Shown piece by piece: positions 58,570 through 64,000 of a DNA stretch of 64,000 nt. The notes under the pieces are model-generated. The model saw only the letters and a list, made by a program, of their open reading frames with translations. It made no database searches and was not told the origin of the DNA. Positions within the stretch are counted from its first letter, which is position 1, and every line of letters starts with the position of its first letter. A program made the translations under genes and the position numbers. The DNA comes from Hyphomicrobiales bacterium (GTDB lineage: Bacteria > Pseudomonadota > Alphaproteobacteria > Rhizobiales > HXMU1428-3). Location: positions 1,364,994 through 1,428,993 of the forward strand of contig OZ244129.1 of the NCBI GenBank assembly GCA_965215715.1. Reading direction: 5' to 3'.

Positions 58570-59724
58570 TTATGATAACGGTTTTTCTTTTAAGCGTTTG
58601 ACGGCCTCAACAATTTCAGCTTCTGACCCGGCATAAGAAAACCGCATCATATAACGCCCGTTGACCTCATCAAAATCCAACCCCGGACAGGCGGCAATGC
58701 CATGGGTTTGCAACAAGTTATGCGAAAAAGCCAAGCTATCATCTGTGAAATCGCTCATATCGGCGTAAATATAAAAAGCACCCTCAGCTGGGGCCATGCG
58801 TTTAATGCCAACTTCTAGCAATCCATTTTGTAAAATCTCGCGATTGGCCCGGTAACCAGCCTTGATTTCCTCCAGCTCATCTTTGGCGTCAAAGGCTGCT
58901 ATGGCGGCAATTTGCGACAGGCACGGGGGAGAAATGAACAAATTCTGGCTGAGCTTTTCAATTGTGCGAACCAAATTGGGGGGCACCACCATCCACCCAA
59001 TGCGCCAACCTGTCATGGAGTAATATTTTGAAAAGCTGTTTAACACGATGGTTGCCTCATTAAAGCCGGCAAGCGTCATCACCTCTTGGTCATAGACTAG
59101 CCCATGATAAATCTCATCCATGATAAACCAAACATTGTTGGCCTTGGCCAGGTTGGCGATCTCACGCACCAAGGCATCTTCCATGACCACGCCAGTTGGG
59201 TTTGAAGGGCTGGCCAGTAGCAAAGCTTTTATTTTGTGCTTTTTGATGGCCTCTTCGATCTGGTTGATTTCGGGCTGCCAATTATTGTCAAACCCTAGAG
59301 GCAAAAAATGGGGCTCTACATCGAGTGATTTTAATATTTCACGATAACAGGGATAGCCTGGTCGGGGCACTGCCACTTTATCACCTGCATCGAGAGTGGC
59401 TAAAAAAGCGAGCACAAACCCGGCTGATGAGCCGGTGGTGATCACAACCTGTTCCGGCTTAATTGTAACGCCATATTCATCTTTGTAATGCACGGCAATG
59501 CGAGCACGCAAAGAAGGAAGCCCTAAAGCTTCTGTATAACCAATGATTTCCTCATCAAGCGCTTGTTTGGCCCTTTGACGCACCTTATCTGGTGCTGGTG
59601 TTCCTGGTTGGCCAACCTCCATATGGCAAATGGCTGCACCTTCACGCGATTTTTCTTTGGCCTTGGCCATAACATCCATGGCTAAAAAGGCAGCAATATC
59701 ACCGCGTTTGGAAAAAGATGGCAT
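58570..59724 (-). CDS. PLP-dependent aminotransferase class I/II
   Basis: MEVGQPG, ASPSNPTG, DEIYHG, NSFSKYYSMTGWRIGW. Confidence 0.93.
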   Translation of the reverse strand: MPSFSKRGDIAAFLAMDVMAKAKEKSREGAAICHMEVGQPGTPAPDKVRQRAKQALDEEIIGYTEALGLPSLRARIAVHYKDEYGVTIKPEQVVITTGSSAGFVLAFLATLDAGDKVAVPRPGYPCYREILKSLDVEPHFLPLGFDNNWQPEINQIEEAIKKHKIKALLLASPSNPTGVVMEDALVREIANLAKANNVWFIMDEIYHGLVYDQEVMTLAGFNEATIVLNSFSKYYSMTGWRIGWMVVPPNLVRTIEKLSQNLFISPPCLSQIAAIAAFDAKDELEEIKAGYRANREILQNGLLEVGIKRMAPAEGAFYIYADMSDFTDDSLAFSHNLLQTHGIAACPGLDFDEVNGRYMMRFSYAGSEAEIVEAVKRLKEKPLS

Positions 59725-60034
59725 AAAGGCGCTCTTTCTTTAATAAATCTTCATGAGGTTGTATCGAGTTCTATGATCTCATTTGTGCAAACAACAACAA
59801 TCGCCTTCTTCTTGTCAAGAAATCAACCTAAATATGATGTTTGCAGCTATAATCGAGATTTACGTATAAATTCAACCTGATAACATTGATCAACTGATAT
59901 GATTTATCAAACCAAAGTGATCACAAAGTTTTTAACATAAATGTTTAATAAATTGGCTAGACTGTGCTTTGTTAAACGTCTGGAAAGTTGCAAACCTTTG
60001 CGTGATTTTTGGCATTTAGATTTAAGATACAAAC

Positions 60035-61417
60035 ATGCATTTAAAACACTCCCTTAAGCTTGCCTTGCAAAACGTCCCTTTAAGCGTTTTGAGCATTCTG
60101 CTTTTATTGACCTTGTCTGTACCCTTCACAACACCTGCCAAGGCGGTTGGCTTAATTCGTGATGCGGAAACAGAAGAGCTGATACGCGATTATAGCCGCC
60201 CTATTTTAAGAGCGGCTGGATTAAGCTCCCAGAACATTGCCATTCACATTATTGGCTCAAAAAGCTTTAACGCCTTTGTTGTTGATGGCCGCAATATGTT
60301 TATTCATATGGGGGCCATTATGCAGGCGCAAACACCCAATCAGATTATCGGGGTGATTGCTCATGAAGCCGGACACATTGCTGGCGGTCACTTATCGCGT
60401 TTGCGGGCCCATGCTTCAAAAGCCCAAACACTTGACCTTATGCTGAAAATTTTAGGCGGTGCGTTGCTGGTGGCGGGAAGTGCCGGGGGCAGCGGTGATT
60501 TGGGAAAAGTGGGACAAGGTATTTTTGTAGGCAGCGCGCAACAAACAAGACGTTCTATTAATCGCTACCGCCAATCTGAAGAATATGCGGCTGACCAAGC
60601 CGGGTTTGCCTATCTAACACGGACCAAACAATCTGCAAAAGGCATGCTGGAGACGTTTGAATATTTTGCCAGCCAAGCCATTGGGTCTTTGAAATATTCA
60701 GACCCTTATGTGCTTAGCCATCCGCTGCCTCGCCAACGCATCAGCCAACTGCGGGCCAAAGCGGAACGAAGCCCCTATTTTAATAAAAAAGACAGCCCGG
60801 CCTTACAAATGCGCCATAACATGGTGCGTGCAAAATTGGTTGCCTTTACCACCAACCCAGTCAATGTGTTTAACAAATATTCTCAAAGCAACACGCTGCC
60901 GGCTCGCTATGCCAAAACCATTGCAACCTTTCGCTCTGAAGGTTTGAAACGCTTTTTGCCAAAGGTCAATGCCTTGATTAAAGAGCAACCTAACAACCCT
61001 TATTTTCATGAATTAAAAGGGCAATTTTTGCTTGAAGCTGGTAAAGCCTCCCAAGCGATTGCCCCGCTAGAGCGTGCGATAAAATTGGCACCAAAAGCTG
61101 CGCTTATTCGCATTATGCTTGCCCAAGCCTTGTCACAAGCCTCAGGTGCTAAATATGCCAACCAAATTATCCGTCATTTAAAAATCGCTTTGGTGCGCGA
61201 GAACCGCTCTGCTATTGGCTATCGGCTGTTGGCAAACGCCTATGCGCAAAAACGCAATATCGCTCAGGCCGAACTTGCCTCAGCGCGCGCTTATTTTTAT
61301 GAAGGAAAGCTGGCTTTAGCCAAAAATCAAGCTGCCAGAGCCAAAAAGAAACTCAAAAGGGGCAGCCCGGGGTGGATTCAGGCCGATGATATTTTAACCT
61401 TTAGGCTAAAACGGTAA
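60035..61417 (+). CDS. M48 family periplasmic metalloprotease with TPR (BepA-like)
   Basis: LIRDAETEE, NAFV, HEAGH, EEYAADQAG, LSHPLP. Confidence 0.92.
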   Translation: MHLKHSLKLALQNVPLSVLSILLLLTLSVPFTTPAKAVGLIRDAETEELIRDYSRPILRAAGLSSQNIAIHIIGSKSFNAFVVDGRNMFIHMGAIMQAQTPNQIIGVIAHEAGHIAGGHLSRLRAHASKAQTLDLMLKILGGALLVAGSAGGSGDLGKVGQGIFVGSAQQTRRSINRYRQSEEYAADQAGFAYLTRTKQSAKGMLETFEYFASQAIGSLKYSDPYVLSHPLPRQRISQLRAKAERSPYFNKKDSPALQMRHNMVRAKLVAFTTNPVNVFNKYSQSNTLPARYAKTIATFRSEGLKRFLPKVNALIKEQPNNPYFHELKGQFLLEAGKASQAIAPLERAIKLAPKAALIRIMLAQALSQASGAKYANQIIRHLKIALVRENRSAIGYRLLANAYAQKRNIAQAELASARAYFYEGKLALAKNQAARAKKKLKRGSPGWIQADDILTFRLKR

Positions 61418-61521
61418 CAAACGTGGTAAAAACCTGCTAAGAAGCTACAAAATTTGGTTTGAACCTAAATAACGAATTGAACGACTAACAACGAACAACA
61501 ATAACGCTTTGGAGCTTATAT

Positions 61522-62280
61522 ATGCCCTTTTTATCATCCCGTAAGATTTTTTCACTCTTGGCGGCTCTTTGTATAAGTGCGTCTCTTTTTGCAGTCCCTA
61601 GCTTTGCAAAATCGTTAGATGAGGCGGAGACAAAAGCCATTGAGCAAGTGGTGAAGGATTACCTTTTGAAAAACCCAGAAATCATCCGTGATGCGCTGCA
61701 AGAGTTGGAGCGGCGCACAGCTGAAGCTGAAAAACAACGGCAAAAGACGCTCATTTCTGAAAACAAAGACCTGCTGCTTGATGAAAAATACAGCTATACC
61801 ACTGGCAATAAAGAAGGCGATATAACCGTTGTTGAATTTTTTGACTATAATTGCCCTTACTGCCGCCAAGCATTGAAAGATATTGTCAAACTGCTTGATG
61901 AAGACAAAAATGTGCGCGTGGTTTTGAAAGAATACCCTATTTTAGGCCAAGCTTCGCAACAAGCTTCACTCGCGGCTTTGGCTGCACGCAAACAGGGCAA
62001 ATATATGGAATATCATCAGGCTTTGCTCAACGCAAAGGGGCGCATTAACGATAAGGCGATTGAAGATGTTGCCAAGCAAGTTGGTCTCGATGTTGAAAAG
62101 CTGAAAAAAGATATGGCCTCTGATGAGGTAAAAGATGAATTGCAAAAGAACATTGATGTTGGCATTAAGCTGGGCATTAATGGCACCCCAACTTTTATCT
62201 TTAATGATCAAGTGATCCCACAGGTTTTGCCATTTGATGCGATGAAAAGTTTGATCGCCAATTTGCGCAAATCTGGTTAA
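61522..62280 (+). CDS. DsbA/ScsC-like thiol-disulfide oxidoreductase
   Basis: Signal peptide, YLLKNPEII, EFFDYNCPYC, GINGTP. Confidence 0.92.
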   Translation: MPFLSSRKIFSLLAALCISASLFAVPSFAKSLDEAETKAIEQVVKDYLLKNPEIIRDALQELERRTAEAEKQRQKTLISENKDLLLDEKYSYTTGNKEGDITVVEFFDYNCPYCRQALKDIVKLLDEDKNVRVVLKEYPILGQASQQASLAALAARKQGKYMEYHQALLNAKGRINDKAIEDVAKQVGLDVEKLKKDMASDEVKDELQKNIDVGIKLGINGTPTFIFNDQVIPQVLPFDAMKSLIANLRKSG

Positions 62281-62451
62281 ACAAAATGCCCATATCGCGC
62301 TTGAGCGCTTGGTAAAAACCGTTATAAAGAGCCATTATGAATTAAAAGGTGAAAAAATTGCCTTGTATGGTTCTTTATAACCTTTATATTTTTACAAACT
62401 GGCTGAAATCCTCTGCGCCTTTCTAGTCCTTAACGTTCAGGCATTGTATTT

Positions 62452-62895
62452 ATGGCAAAACCGATTTTTGTCCTTAGCGGACCCAACCTAAATCTTCTTG
62501 GTACCCGTGAGCCTGAAATTTATGGCAAAACCACCTTGCAAGACATTCATGAAACTTTAAAGCAACAGGCTGCTCTCAGCCATGTTGAACTGGAATGTTT
62601 CCAATCTAATATGGAAGGGGACCTGGTCAACTGGATACAGCAAGCTGGGCAAGACGCACAAGCCATTATTATCAATGCTGGGGCTTATACCCACACCTCC
62701 ATTGCCATTGCTGATGCGATTAGAAGCATTGACATTCCTGTTATAGAAGTCCATTTGTCAAATATTTACCAAAGAGAAGAATATCGTCACCATTCCTATA
62801 TCTCCCCGCTTGCAAAGGGGTTAATATGTGGGTTTGGGGCAAAATCCTACGAATTGGCTTTGCAGGTGTTGCTTTTAGAGGCACATAATGGATGA
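62452..62895 (+). CDS. aroQ: Type II 3-dehydroquinate dehydratase
   Basis: GPNLNLLGTREPEIYG, INAGAYTHTS, EVHLSN. Confidence 0.98.
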   Translation: MAKPIFVLSGPNLNLLGTREPEIYGKTTLQDIHETLKQQAALSHVELECFQSNMEGDLVNWIQQAGQDAQAIIINAGAYTHTSIAIADAIRSIDIPVIEVHLSNIYQREEYRHHSYISPLAKGLICGFGAKSYELALQVLLLEAHNG

Positions 62896-62975
62896 CAAAA
62901 TGCAAAAAACTTACAAAATTTCTTTAAAAATATCGAGAGATAGCATAACAATCATCAAAATAGATCGTTGATGCC

Positions 62976-63476
62976 ATGTCAGCAAAGAAAAGAGCAGCAA
63001 AGAAAAAAGCAGCAAAGAAAAAATCGGACAAAAAATTGAATCAAAAAGAACTGATTAAAGAACTGGCTGAACTCCTTGATGAAACCGGCCTGTCAGAAAT
63101 TGAAATTGAACAGAAAGACCTGCGCGTAAGGGTAGCAAAGCCGCAAGCGAACATTGTTGCTGCCAGCCCAGCGCCTGTTCAAACGATAGCCTCGCCAGAA
63201 CAACCCCAACTTGCCGCTGGTGCCAGTGCTAAGCCGGCAAGCGACGGTGCTGTGACCTCACCTATGGTTGGCACCGCTTATCGCGCGCCTGAGCCTGGTA
63301 AGCCGGCCTTTGTTGACGTTGGGTCTAAGGTGGCGCAAGGCGATACATTGTTAATTGTCGAGGCAATGAAAACAATGAACCACATTCCGTCTCCAAAAGC
63401 GGGAACTATTACACAAATTCTTATTGAAGATGGCCAGCCTGTTGAATTTGGCGAACCTTTAATGGTCATTGAGTAA
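62976..63476 (+). CDS. accB: Acetyl-CoA carboxylase biotin carboxyl carrier protein
   Basis: [17 protein letters not shown]. Confidence 0.97.
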   Translation: MSAKKRAAKKKAAKKKSDKKLNQKELIKELAELLDETGLSEIEIEQKDLRVRVAKPQANIVAASPAPVQTIASPEQPQLAAGASAKPASDGAVTSPMVGTAYRAPEPGKPAFVDVGSKVAQGDTLLIVEAMKTMNHIPSPKAGTITQILIEDGQPVEFGEPLMVIE

Positions 63477-63495
63477 AGCTTTAAGTTATACATTT

Positions 63496-64000
63496 ATGTT
63501 TGATAAAATACTCATAGCCAATCGCGGTGAAATTGCGCTTCGCATCCAACGGGCTTGTAAAGAGCTGGGCATATCCACTGTTGCTATTCATTCCACAGCT
63601 GATGAAGATGCCATGCATGTGCGCCTTGCCGATGAGAGCGTTTGCATTGGCCCGCCGCCGGCCACCAATAGCTATTTGAACATTCCAGAAATTATGGCAG
63701 CTTGTGAAATCACTGGTGCCAATGCGGTTCACCCTGGATATGGTTTTTTGTCTGAAAATGCCCGCTTTGCAGAGATATTGGAAGATCACAAGATCTCCTT
63801 TATTGGCCCGACAGCGGAACATATTCGTTTGATGGGTGATAAAATCACCGCCAAAGACACTGTGAAAAAATTAGGCATTCCTGTTGTGCCCGGCTCTGAT
63901 GGGGAAATCACCTCAGAGGAAGAAGCTAAGAAAATCGCCATCGAGATCGGCTATCCGGTTATTGTGAAAGCCGCCGCTGGTGGCGGTGGGCGCGGCATGA
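63496..64000 (+). CDS. accC: Biotin carboxylase (runs off the window end)
   Basis: Manual translation from ATG 63496: [25 protein letters not shown]...[10 protein letters not shown]...[11 protein letters not shown]. Confidence 0.97.
   Translation, partial: MFDKILIANRGEIALRIQRACKELGISTVAIHSTADEDAMHVRLADESVCIGPPPATNSYLNIPEIMAACEITGANAVHPGYGFLSENARFAEILEDHKISFIGPTAEHIRLMGDKITAKDTVKKLGIPVVPGSDGEITSEEEAKKIAIEIGYPVIVKAAAGGGGRGM

Noticed and set aside
62888-62971. 27-aa [30 protein letters not shown] between aroQ and accB
   Set aside because: Short, AT-rich, no motif or independent support.
1-64000. tRNA, rRNA, IS, integrase or prophage
   Set aside because: No T-loop/anticodon structures, rRNA signatures, transposase/integrase motifs or phage genes recognised by eye; tRNAscan-SE and ISEScan would confirm.

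Overview
Alphaproteobacterial chromosome segment, most likely Hyphomicrobiales (inferred from gene content, gene order and repeat family), with moderate GC. The backbone is housekeeping: purA, serC-serA with its leader RNA, glmM-folP-ftsH-tilS, the tol-pal cluster, ruvCAB-yebC, ymdB-ygfA-6S RNA, gap, efp-suhB, amiC/rne, aroQ-accB-accC. Accessory genes are interspersed. I found no rRNA, tRNA, CRISPR array, transposase or prophage. The main new observation is a pair of tandem paralogous small lipoprotein genes (45 and 46 aa, absent from the ORF track) between tolB and pal. They share the identical mature N-terminus CRREVRHEPMKLGGD, differ there only by synonymous changes, and have their own ribosome-binding sites and terminator. 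Other notable items: an exported caspase-PDZ-Sel1-peptidoglycan-binding protein between cpoB and tilS; a pseudo-HD/amphipathic-repeat protein between ruvB and ybgC; a cytosolic tri-zinc PLC/P1-fold protein with helix-hairpin-helix domains; a minimal chemoreceptor tip fused to a C-terminal globin; a perfect CueR-type promoter in front of a DUF4396 gene next to a PiT-arsM pair; an unexplained MotA/MotB-like pair; a ZauP-like gene without zapA; several CtrA boxes; and a dispersed BRU-RS/RIME-like palindromic repeat family. All family assignments come from motif recognition by eye, not database searches.
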